Assembly: GCA_903876715.1 (NCBI GenBank)
Contig: CAIRBF010000217.1
Span: 2,931 to 66,930, forward strand
From: an uncultured beta proteobacterium
GTDB taxonomy: Bacteria > Pseudomonadota > Gammaproteobacteria > Burkholderiales > Burkholderiaceae_C
Reading direction: 5' to 3'
DNA: 64,000 nucleotides
Shown here: piece by piece, positions 18,885 to 27,160 of the stretch
Layout: every line of letters begins with the position of its first letter
Position numbering within the stretch: the stretch's first letter is position 1
Position numbers and translations under genes: made by a program
Notes under the pieces: model-generated
What the model was told of the DNA's origin: nothing
Seen by the model: the letters and a program-made list of their open reading frames with translations, nothing else
The model's database searches: none

Positions 18885-20623
18885 GCAGGGTCCTTGGAAA
18901 ACTCACCGCGCGGGGCCCGCAATGCGGTGGTGGCGGCGGTGTCGACTCGCCAGGGATGCGCAAGTACCGCCACGCCGTAGCTCTCTCGAGCCGCCGCCAC
19001 CGAAACCTTGCCGTCGCGCACGTCACGCAGCACGTCGGCCAGGGCGCGGGTGTAGGGGTCGCCGGCGCCGCCACCGCCGGCGGTGACGTGGCGCACGACC
19101 TGATCGTGCTTCAAGGGACGCACGAATTTCGTGGGCGCAGTCTCCCAGCCCGAGGGGCCCGAGATCTGGGTGGTGGATGGCGCCCCAGGCGTCCCGCCCG
19201 CTATCCCATAGGGCCTGTAGCGGCGGCGGTCAGATCGCAGTTGCAGCGACGCGCTCTCGGCCAGGATCCGGAACTGACGCTCCACGCCCAGGCCGCCCCG
19301 CCGCATGCCGGCCCCGCCGCTGTCGGCAGCCAGGGCATAGCGTTCGACGAGCACGGGTGCCTGGTGTTCGACCAGCTCGACCGGCGCGTTGCTGATGTTG
19401 GCGGCCGGATTGGCCACGCCGTCGACGCCATCCCACGACATCCCGGCACCCCAGGCGCCCATCACAGCCTCGCGGAAGAGAACGAGGCGCCCCTGGCTGT
19501 CGAGGCTGGCCAGGCTGTAGCTGGTCGTGCCGCCTTCACCCGCTGCACGGACACGATCGGGGATGACCTGGGCCAGGGCGCCGAACATCGTGTCGATGAC
19601 ACGGAAACCCGTGACCCCACGCGCCGCACAGGCGCCGGGCGGCCGGGGGTTGACCACCGTGCCCAGTGGGGCGCGCACCTGGATCGGCCGCACGAAGCCT
19701 TCGTTGTTGGGTACATCCTCCCGCACGATGGAGCGCAGCGCGAAATACACCGCCGATTTGGTGAACGACAGCGTGGCATTGATCGCGCCGGCGGCCTGGG
19801 TGGACGTGCCCTCGAAATCGGCGGTGACCTCCTCGCCGGACACTGTCAGGGCCAGTTCGATGCGCACCGGCCGGTCGGGGTGGAGGCCGTCGTCGTCCAG
19901 ATGGTCGATGAAGCGGTAGGTCCCGTCCGGCAGTTCGGCGATGGCGGCGCGGGCGCAGCGCTCGCTGTAGTCGAGCAGGGCGTCGAAGGCTCGTTCAAGC
20001 TCTTCGACACCGTACCTCGCGGCCAACTCACCCAGGCCACGTTCGGCGATCCGACAGGCTGCGAGCTGGGCTTCCAGGTCGCCGGCCACGGTGTCGGGCA
20101 CGCGCACGTTGAGCAGGATCGTGCTCAGCAGCGCCTCGTTCACCACCCCTCTGTCGTGCAGCTTCACGGGACCGAGGCGCAGGCCCTCCTGAAAGATCTC
20201 GGTCGAGTCGGCCGCGCTCGAGCCGGGCACACGCCCGCCGACGTCGTTGTGGTGCGCCACGATGACCGCGTAGCCGAGCAGCGCCCCGTCGAAGAAGACG
20301 GGCTTGAACATGAAGATGTCCGGCAGGTGCATTCCGCCGTGGTAGGGATCGTTGAGGATCACCACGTCGCCGTCGGCGAGGCCTTGGGCGCCGAAGCGCT
20401 CACGCACTGCCGCCATCGCGTCAGGGAAGGAGCCCAGGTGCAGAGGCACGCTCAGGCCCTGCGCGATCAGGCGACCCTGGCGGTCGCAGAAGGCGCTGGA
20501 GAGGTCCATCGTGTCCTTCATGATGGACGAGAAGGCGATGCGCACGACCGTCAGGACCATCTCGTCGACGATCGAGCCCATCGCGTTCTTGACGAGCTCG
20601 AGCCTGACGGGGTCGTAATGCAT
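18881..20623 (-). CDS. Hydantoinase B / oxoprolinase family (HyuB-type subunit)
   Basis: 580 aa from MHYDPVRLELVKNAMGSIVDEM, the typical HyuB N-terminus. The track ORF to 21358 is an over-extension into the upstream gene. Confidence 0.92.
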   Translation of the reverse strand: MHYDPVRLELVKNAMGSIVDEMVLTVVRIAFSSIMKDTMDLSSAFCDRQGRLIAQGLSVPLHLGSFPDAMAAVRERFGAQGLADGDVVILNDPYHGGMHLPDIFMFKPVFFDGALLGYAVIVAHHNDVGGRVPGSSAADSTEIFQEGLRLGPVKLHDRGVVNEALLSTILLNVRVPDTVAGDLEAQLAACRIAERGLGELAARYGVEELERAFDALLDYSERCARAAIAELPDGTYRFIDHLDDDGLHPDRPVRIELALTVSGEEVTADFEGTSTQAAGAINATLSFTKSAVYFALRSIVREDVPNNEGFVRPIQVRAPLGTVVNPRPPGACAARGVTGFRVIDTMFGALAQVIPDRVRAAGEGGTTSYSLASLDSQGRLVLFREAVMGAWGAGMSWDGVDGVANPAANISNAPVELVEHQAPVLVERYALAADSGGAGMRRGGLGVERQFRILAESASLQLRSDRRRYRPYGIAGGTPGAPSTTQISGPSGWETAPTKFVRPLKHDQVVRHVTAGGGGAGDPYTRALADVLRDVRDGKVSVAAARESYGVAVLAHPWRVDTAATTALRAPRGEFSKDPA

Positions 20624-20640
20624 GGGGGGGCTTTCGGCGT

Positions 20641-21972
20641 TCAAAGCGAGTCGACGATGCCAGGGTTGGGCAGCCGGGCACCCATCGACGGCACGGTCCA
20701 GCCCTTCAGTGGCTTGCGGGCCGGGGGAGGCGAAAGGTCGACCTCCCGGCCGTCGACCCAGACCGAGGCGATGTTCTCGCTGTGACCGAGCACGCCGATG
20801 TCGACCGAAGGATCTCCGCGGACGCACAGCAGGTCGGCCTTCATGCCTGCGGCGATCACTCCGGTTCGTCCTTCCATCTTCAAGGCGAAAGCGCCATTGC
20901 GCGTGGCGCAGGTGATGGCCTCGAGCTTGGACATGCCGAAGTAACGCACGAAGACCTCCATCTCGCGGTGGTGCCAATGCCCGTAGGGCACCATCGAGAA
21001 GCCTGCTTCGCTGCCGCACAGCAGCGGCACGCCGGCGGCGTGCAACCGCCGCATGGAATCGGCGGAATCGGTGATCTCGCGCTCGAACAGGGAGATCAGC
21101 GCCGGGGCGGTTCCGAGCGCAGGGCCGTGGTCGACCAGGTTGGCCTGGAAGGTCATGGCCGGGCAGACGGGCGTCTTGCGATCGATCAGCAGATCCACCG
21201 TCTCGGGCTGCATCCCCGTGGCATGGAAGAGCAGGTCCATGCCGCTGAGGACGGCGCGGCGGACCGCGACGTCCCCCCGGCAGTGACCCATCACCGGTAC
21301 GCCCAGGTCGTGCGCGACCTCGCAGATGAGCTGCAGTTCCTCCAGTGTCCAGCTGCATTTCTCGCCCAGGTGCGCGTAGCGCGGCGCGACCCCGGAGACA
21401 TGGACCTTGATCCAGTCGGCGCCGACCTTGATCTGCCTGCGCACCTCGGCCATGATCTCGTCGCGTCCGTTGACGACGCTGTAGTAGCCGGTGATGCCGG
21501 TGTCACGGATAAGACCGCCGGCCGTGCCGCCCAGGCCAGGGATGAGCGCGTAGCAGCCGCTGGCGATGCGGGGGGCTTCGATCAGACCGGCCTCCTGCGC
21601 GTCGCGCACGTCGATCATGATCTCGAAGACCGAATCGGGGTCGAGGATGCCGGTGACGCCAGCGCGCAGGAGCTTGCGCGCGTTGTACAGGGCGGTGATG
21701 GCCGCCAGGCCGGGGCGGCGTTGGAAAAAGAGTTCGGAATTCGAACTCGCATCATCGAAGGACAGGTGGCAGTGCGCGTCGATGAGACCCGGCATCAGCG
21801 TCTGGCCGGCGAGGTCGACGCGCCTTGCTCCAGGAAGCGCGCGGGCGCGTTCCTCGGCCGCGGGGCCGACCGCGGTGATGCGGTCGGACTCCACGAGCAC
21901 GGCGCCCGCGAAGGGGGCGGCGCCCGTGCCGTCGATGATGGAGGCATTCTCGAAGAGTGTGGCTGTCATCAA
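20641..21972 (-). CDS. Metal-dependent amidohydrolase (amidohydrolase_1-type)
   Basis: FENASIIDGTG...PGLIDAHCHLSF (HxH metal site) in a 443-aa TIM-barrel amidohydrolase pattern. Confidence 0.85.
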   Translation of the reverse strand: MMTATLFENASIIDGTGAAPFAGAVLVESDRITAVGPAAEERARALPGARRVDLAGQTLMPGLIDAHCHLSFDDASSNSELFFQRRPGLAAITALYNARKLLRAGVTGILDPDSVFEIMIDVRDAQEAGLIEAPRIASGCYALIPGLGGTAGGLIRDTGITGYYSVVNGRDEIMAEVRRQIKVGADWIKVHVSGVAPRYAHLGEKCSWTLEELQLICEVAHDLGVPVMGHCRGDVAVRRAVLSGMDLLFHATGMQPETVDLLIDRKTPVCPAMTFQANLVDHGPALGTAPALISLFEREITDSADSMRRLHAAGVPLLCGSEAGFSMVPYGHWHHREMEVFVRYFGMSKLEAITCATRNGAFALKMEGRTGVIAAGMKADLLCVRGDPSVDIGVLGHSENIASVWVDGREVDLSPPPARKPLKGWTVPSMGARLPNPGIVDSL

Positions 21973-22002
21973 TGGGCTCCTGGGGGGCGTGGTTTGGGGC
22001 TC

Positions 22003-23019
22003 CTACGTGGCACGCAGGAGGCGGCGGGCGTTGTCTGCCAGCCGCGCCTGCTCGGCGGCCGACATGCCGTGATCCCTGGTGTCGTCGGGCTCGTCCCAGC
22101 CCGCGAAGTTGGTGCCGTAGACGAGGTGATCCGTGCCCACGGCGCGCGCGAGCAGTTCCAGGATCTGAGGGTGATCGATGTGCGTGTCGAACCACAGCCG
22201 CGCGAGCCTTTCCTCGAACGCGCCGTCGGCCCGAAGACTCGCGGGCGACCAGGGGCGCTTGCGCGCGGCGCGCGCCATGCGGCCCATCAGCAGCGCGGTG
22301 TTGCCGCCCCCGTGGCTGATGCAAAGGTCGAGCTTGGGATGGCGGTCCAGGACGCCGCCGAAGATGAGCGTGGCCACGGCCAGCGTCTCCTGCGCGGCAT
22401 ACCCGGCCACGATGTCGAGGTCGAAGCGGCGCAGCGCCGGGTCGCCGGGGGGGCCGTCGATGCCCGCAGACCCGGGGTGAATGTAGATCGGCACATCGAG
22501 ATCTACCGCCTTCGCGTACACCACATCCATGCGCGGGTCGTCCAGGGCCAGCACGGAGTCGGTGCCAAAGGCAGCCCCGCGCAGCCCCAGTTCCCTGACG
22601 GCGCGCTCGAGTTCCTCGGCCGCCTGCACAGGGTCCTGGATGGGCAGTGCCGCCCAGCCAGCCAGGCGATGCGGATGAGGCGCGATGGCTGCGGCCATCG
22701 CGTCGTTGTGGACGCGGCAGAAGCGCGCGGCGTCAGCAGCCGGGATGAAGTGGAAGTAGGTCAGCGGATTCGGCGACACGACCTGGAAATCGATGCCGTG
22801 ATCCTGCATGCGGCGCAGCCGCAGGTCGACGTCCATGAACGGCCCGCCCGCATAGCGCACGCCGCGCAGGCGGTAGGTAGTGCCGATCTGGAAATAGGGC
22901 GTTCCATCGGCGTCCTGGCCCAGCCAGGGGCCGAAGTCACCCGCCGCGCCCATCGTCGCTGCGAGCACGAGGTGGGCATGCACGTCAATGACGCGCGCGT
23001 TCTTCAGTCCGGGTTCCAA
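22003..23019 (-). CDS. Amidohydrolase_2 family protein (ACMSD-like decarboxylase/hydrolase)
   Basis: VIDVHAHLV metal motif. The pattern MDVDLRLRRMQDHGIDFQVVSP...GAAFGT...IYIHPG resembles ACMSD-type enzymes. Confidence 0.8.
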   Translation of the reverse strand: MEPGLKNARVIDVHAHLVLAATMGAAGDFGPWLGQDADGTPYFQIGTTYRLRGVRYAGGPFMDVDLRLRRMQDHGIDFQVVSPNPLTYFHFIPAADAARFCRVHNDAMAAAIAPHPHRLAGWAALPIQDPVQAAEELERAVRELGLRGAAFGTDSVLALDDPRMDVVYAKAVDLDVPIYIHPGSAGIDGPPGDPALRRFDLDIVAGYAAQETLAVATLIFGGVLDRHPKLDLCISHGGGNTALLMGRMARAARKRPWSPASLRADGAFEERLARLWFDTHIDHPQILELLARAVGTDHLVYGTNFAGWDEPDDTRDHGMSAAEQARLADNARRLLRAT

Positions 23020-23110
23020 GGCTCCTCCTCACGCCCGTTTGGGCGTCTTCGTGTTGTGATGCGGTCGCCACCGTGGATACGGTGAAACTCGTCGATTCTG
23101 GATACTTAGA

Positions 23111-23139
23111 AATTTAAGCTGGGCCCCATGCCCTGTCAA
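23111..23139 (-). promoter_or_regulatory. Candidate sigma70-type internal promoter for the amidohydrolase / hydantoinase genes
   Basis: On the minus strand: TTGACA (23139-23134), 17-nt spacer, TAAATT (23116-23111). Lies in a locally AT-rich 180-nt gap, preceded by a small hairpin after the upstream gene. Confidence 0.4.
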
Positions 23140-23199
23140 TCTCGGGTCTTGTGGCCGCACGGGCGCGGCTTGCTCCGTCTCTGGCCGCTTGCCGCGCGC

Positions 23200-24393
23200 T
23201 CATGCTGCGTCACCGACGACGGCGATGGCTGCGGCTGCGGCGGCGGTGGCGACCCGCATCACCCGCACCTTGCGAAGACCAGCCAGATCGGCGCATCCGG
23301 TCTGCGCCATCACGCTGTCGAGCTCGGCGGCCAGCAGGTCGGCGGCCAGCTTCGCGCCGTCCCGCGGTCGCATCGCAGCGGTCGCGTACAACCAGCTGCG
23401 GCCGGCGAAGACGAGGTCGGCGCCGAGGCTCAAGGCCTTGGCTGCGTCCTCTCCAGAACGCACGCCGCTGTCCAGGAACAGCGGGTAGTCCGGTCCGAGG
23501 CGGGCGCGGAACTCGCCGATGACGTCGAGCGGGCTGACCACCGAGCCGAGCTGGCGCGCGCCATGGTTGGACAACTGGATCGCGTCCACCCCGGCCGCGC
23601 GCAAGGCCGGCGCGATATCGGGGTCGAGCACGCCCTTGACGACGAGCCGGTGCGGCCAGGCCTCTCGCACCTTCTGCAGCGTTGTCCACGACAGCTCCGC
23701 CCGCGTCATCGATGCGATCAAGGACTGGGGCGAGGACCAGGCGGCCGCCTCGCCCGGGGGCGGCTCCAGGTTGACCATGCGCGGCAGTCCGGCGCGCCAC
23801 ATGCGCCAGCACCATGAGGGACGCGTCACGTAGGCGGCCAAGGCCCGGGGGTGGTGCCAGGGCCATTGACCGAAGCGGTTGCGTCGGTCGCGCAGACGAC
23901 GCCCTGGATGGGCTGCATCGACCGTGAGCACCAGGTGCCGCACCCCGCAAGCGCGCGCCCGGTCGATCAGGCGGCGGGTGTGCGAGAAGTCCTCCACCGG
24001 GTAGATCTGGAACCAGGCGAACTCGCCGCACCACTGCACGCACTGCTCGATGCGGGTGCTGGCGGCGGTCGACAGGACGTAGGGCAGACGGCGCTCGAAG
24101 GCCATCCGCATCAAGGCCTCGTCGGTGCCCGGGCTGGCAAGCTCACCCAGGCCCATGGCGCTGACGCCGATCGGCAAGTCGTAAGCCTGCCCGAGGACTT
24201 CCGTCTTCGGGCTTCGGCGCACGCAGTCCTGGAACGAGCGAGGGACCCACCGCAGCGACGCGAAGGCCTGGGCGTTGGCGCGCAGCGCGAACTCCTCGCC
24301 GGCGCCGCCAGCGATGAAGTCATAGATCGGGCGCGGCAGGCGCCGCCGCGCCAGGCCCTCGAGGGATGGGGTCGACAACGGCTTGGCAGACAT
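23200..24393 (-). CDS. FMN-dependent alpha-hydroxy acid dehydrogenase/oxidase (L-lactate dehydrogenase / glycolate oxidase family)
   Basis: 397 aa from MSAKPLSTPS. Motifs IYDFIAGGAGEE, SNHGARQL and DSGVRSGEDAAKALSLGA. The track ORF to 24957 is over-extended into the Rieske gene. Confidence 0.88.
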   Translation of the reverse strand: MSAKPLSTPSLEGLARRRLPRPIYDFIAGGAGEEFALRANAQAFASLRWVPRSFQDCVRRSPKTEVLGQAYDLPIGVSAMGLGELASPGTDEALMRMAFERRLPYVLSTAASTRIEQCVQWCGEFAWFQIYPVEDFSHTRRLIDRARACGVRHLVLTVDAAHPGRRLRDRRNRFGQWPWHHPRALAAYVTRPSWCWRMWRAGLPRMVNLEPPPGEAAAWSSPQSLIASMTRAELSWTTLQKVREAWPHRLVVKGVLDPDIAPALRAAGVDAIQLSNHGARQLGSVVSPLDVIGEFRARLGPDYPLFLDSGVRSGEDAAKALSLGADLVFAGRSWLYATAAMRPRDGAKLAADLLAAELDSVMAQTGCADLAGLRKVRVMRVATAAAAAAIAVVGDAA

Positions 24394-24398
24394 CGGCG

Positions 24399-25571
24399 TC
24401 AGCGCGCGGTGTCTGCAGCGCGTGCCTTGTCGGCGAACCGCGCCACCATCCGGTGGAAGTGCTGCACCGCCGGCTCGTTGCGCCCGATCGTGAACGCCTG
24501 GTTGGCGCCGCTGTGGATGGCCGATTGCACGCCGGCGCCGATGACGTAGTCCTCGTCGCGGACCGCCTTCAGCCCGATCTGGCTGAAGGCCTCGGTCGCA
24601 GCCTTTTCCTCCTCGGTGCACGGCTCGCGCGCCGAGAGAACGGACTGACGCGTCACCGTGGTCTCGGGCGTCGGTCCGGGGAAGACCTGGCTGACGAGGC
24701 AATGGTCGCCCAGCACGCCGGAGACGGCCAGGTTCGGGAAGCCGAGGTGGATGCGCCGGATGTGCTTGTCGGGCTCCCATTGCTCGGGTGCTTGTTCCAG
24801 CAACTCGGGCAGCGACCGGCGACCGAACACGATGCGCTGGTGCGGGCCGAAGGTATCGTGCAGCGTCAGGTTGCCGATCGTGAACTTGCCCACCGTGTTC
24901 GGGTGCACGGTGTTGTGGTGGTAGGACTCGAGGTAGCCCTCCCACGCGATCTTCCATCCGGGGCCCGGGATGTCTCTCTGCTCATAGAGGTGCCAATTCG
25001 CCAGCCGCAGCCCCTCCAGCGGCCTGACGAAGTCGCCCAGCCACTCGTCGATGTCGAAGGTGACCCCGGGGGTCAGGGCCGCCCAGACCAGGCCGGCGCG
25101 CTCCTCGCAGGCGAGTTCGGTCATCGAGTGCGTCTCGGCGCTGACCTCGCCGAAGGTGCTGGCACCGTACAGGCCCGTCAGGCGCCCGCGCAGGTCGTAC
25201 TGCCAGGCGTGGTAGGGGCAGACGAAGCGCTCGAGCGTGCCACGGCCATCGCGGCAGAGCAGGGCGCCGCGGTGGCGGCAGGCGTTGAGGAAGGCGCGCA
25301 CACGGGAGTCTTCACCGCGGATCAGCACGATGGGCAGGCCCATCACTGTCATCGCCCGGTAGCTCTTGGGCGTGGGCAACTCGATGCTCATGGCCAGCGC
25401 CAGCGGCAGGCGCATGAACAGGGCCTGGACCTCATGCCGGAACCGCGCCGGGTCGATGTATGCGGAGATGGGCTGGCTCAGCGTTTCAGGCGCCTGGTCC
25501 GTGGTCTTGTTGCAGTAGTGCTCCAAGGCACGCCTGACCAGGCTCATGGCCTCGGGGTCTTGCGTCGGCAT
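24399..25571 (-). CDS. Rieske [2Fe-2S] non-heme-iron oxygenase, alpha (catalytic) subunit
   Basis: Rieske motif CRHRG...17 aa...CPYHAWQY. Mononuclear-iron motif EGYLESYHHNTVH. Confidence 0.9.
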   Translation of the reverse strand: MPTQDPEAMSLVRRALEHYCNKTTDQAPETLSQPISAYIDPARFRHEVQALFMRLPLALAMSIELPTPKSYRAMTVMGLPIVLIRGEDSRVRAFLNACRHRGALLCRDGRGTLERFVCPYHAWQYDLRGRLTGLYGASTFGEVSAETHSMTELACEERAGLVWAALTPGVTFDIDEWLGDFVRPLEGLRLANWHLYEQRDIPGPGWKIAWEGYLESYHHNTVHPNTVGKFTIGNLTLHDTFGPHQRIVFGRRSLPELLEQAPEQWEPDKHIRRIHLGFPNLAVSGVLGDHCLVSQVFPGPTPETTVTRQSVLSAREPCTEEEKAATEAFSQIGLKAVRDEDYVIGAGVQSAIHSGANQAFTIGRNEPAVQHFHRMVARFADKARAADTAR

Positions 25572-25586
25572 GGGTTCCTCCTTTGG

Positions 25587-26153
25587 TCACTTGGCCGAAC
25601 CGTGTTCGCGCACGAAATCCTGCCACGCCTGGAGGCCTTCCGGGAAGTCCCCCGGCAGCTTGCGCCCGCCCATCGTCACCCTGAAGGGGCCCGTCAAGCA
25701 TTGTGCGTAGTCCTTGACCGGCACGTAGTAGAGGAAGTTCAGGACACGCTTGGAGAAAACCCAGCGACCCTGGTGACGCACATAGTCGTCCTTGTAGCGC
25801 ATGGCCGAGACGCTGGTCTCGTTGTCGGGGCAGGTCTCGGCATGGCTGAGCACCGTGCCGCTGGCGCGGTCCGGGTTCGTTGTGTCGAAGCACAGGAAGT
25901 GGTCGTGCGTCCAGTGGTAGCCGGGCCCGCGGATCTTGAACAGGCGGATGAACAGCGCCATGATCTCTTCGATGCCACGCGCCTTCAACAGGCCGCTCGG
26001 CGAATCAAGCTCGGCGTCAGGAGCGAACAGCGAGCGCAGGCGCGGCAGGTCGTGTTCGTCGCATGCGACGGCGTAGGCGCTGACCAGCTCGGAGATCTCG
26101 AAGCGGTGTTCGAGCTGCTCCACGCGTCTTTGCAGGTCTTCGAGGGTGGCCAT
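25587..26153 (-). CDS. NTF2-like / SnoaL_4-type protein, first gene of the Rieske operon
   Basis: 188 aa. LEHRFEISELVSAYAVACDEHDLPRLRSLFAPDA is typical of the SnoaL_4 N-terminus. 15 nt upstream of the Rieske alpha gene. Confidence 0.7.
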   Translation of the reverse strand: MATLEDLQRRVEQLEHRFEISELVSAYAVACDEHDLPRLRSLFAPDAELDSPSGLLKARGIEEIMALFIRLFKIRGPGYHWTHDHFLCFDTTNPDRASGTVLSHAETCPDNETSVSAMRYKDDYVRHQGRWVFSKRVLNFLYYVPVKDYAQCLTGPFRVTMGGRKLPGDFPEGLQAWQDFVREHGSAK

Positions 26154-26262
26154 TTGATTTCTCCTCAGGTGGGGGTCAGGTCGGGGTGTGAGGCGGCCAC
26201 GGGCCGCGATGCTTGGGCATAAACTGCCCCTTGTCTACAGGTGCGAAACGGGGCGAGGACCG

Positions 26263-27102
26263 ATGGAAGATTTCTTGCAGCACATCATGGTGACGGCGGC
26301 GAACGGGAATATCGTCGCCATCGACAGTGCCGCCGACGTGTTGCCGCACAACCGCGGCCGCGACGTGCTCGTCACCGCGTCCTACCTGGGGGTGTTGCCG
26401 GCACGGTTGATGGCTGACCATCTGCCGCGGGCGGCTATCGGCTTCGATGGCGGTGTCGGCCCTCAGGGATGGAACATCGCCGGCCTGTGGTACTTCGAGG
26501 CGCTGAACGTCCCCGCGGCCACCGTCGATGTCATGGGTGTCGTCCTCGGCGACGGCGTGGACGTGTACCACCATGGGCGCATCAGCTTTCTGAATCGTCC
26601 GGCAGCCGACTGCGGGGTGACGGTCGGCATGCCGGCCCACGAGGCCGCGCGGTGCATGCTGGAGCGCGAGCCTGGTCGGCCTTCGGCCTACCAGGTCACG
26701 AACCGGCGCGTGATGGCCGATGACGGCAAGGGACACCAGGTGGTCGTGCTGGATTCCATCGTCTTCGGCACCGAGGCCGACCAGCGCAACGTGCTCGTCA
26801 CGGCGGGGCACACCGGCCGCAGCGGGGCGCGTCACATCCTGAAGGTACAGCCCTTCGGCTTCGTGTGCTCCGATGGCGGGCGGGGCCGTGAGGACTCGGG
26901 CATGGCCGGACTGGACATCACCGCCGAGCACGGCATCCCCGGCGCCACCGTGGACGCGCGTCGCGCGCGCATGGGCGACGGCATGAGCACTTACCTGGAC
27001 GGTGTCATCACCGCGGCCAACACCCTCGCCCGTGAGCTGGGCGTGCGCGAGGGCATGCCCGCAGCCGAGGCTGCCGCAGCCCTGTTGACGCGCAGCGCCT
27101 GA
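26263..27102 (+). CDS. Uncharacterised protein with internal tandem duplication (copy 1, 279 aa)
   Basis: Consistent GC-rich coding frame. A paralog at 39568-40359 aligns over the full length. Residues about 33-133 and 175-275 align to each other. I recognise no family motif. Confidence 0.8.
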   Translation: MEDFLQHIMVTAANGNIVAIDSAADVLPHNRGRDVLVTASYLGVLPARLMADHLPRAAIGFDGGVGPQGWNIAGLWYFEALNVPAATVDVMGVVLGDGVDVYHHGRISFLNRPAADCGVTVGMPAHEAARCMLEREPGRPSAYQVTNRRVMADDGKGHQVVVLDSIVFGTEADQRNVLVTAGHTGRSGARHILKVQPFGFVCSDGGRGREDSGMAGLDITAEHGIPGATVDARRARMGDGMSTYLDGVITAANTLARELGVREGMPAAEAAAALLTRSA

Positions 27103-27160
27103 GACCGTTCTACGCGTGCTGCGCCGCGGCCGCGGAGAGCGCTTCGCGCGCCAAAGGTGC

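Noticed and set aside
18881-21358. N-terminal extensions of several track ORFs: 18881-21358, 23200-24957, 39568-40908, 40407-41978, 2121-3281, 14984-16036, 15876-16742, 46986-48413, 49186-50481, 50512-51585 and 51501-52787.
   Set aside because: The extended parts overlap the upstream gene in another frame and are low-complexity. Internal ATG/GTG starts with an RBS or ATGA coupling give proteins of normal family length.
27124-27135. Perfect 12-bp palindrome CCGCGGCCGCGG between the convergent unknown-protein and amidohydrolase genes.
   Set aside because: It is most simply part of a GC-rich terminator stem in a convergent gap. It has no U-tract and does not recur elsewhere in the window, so it is not reported as a feature.
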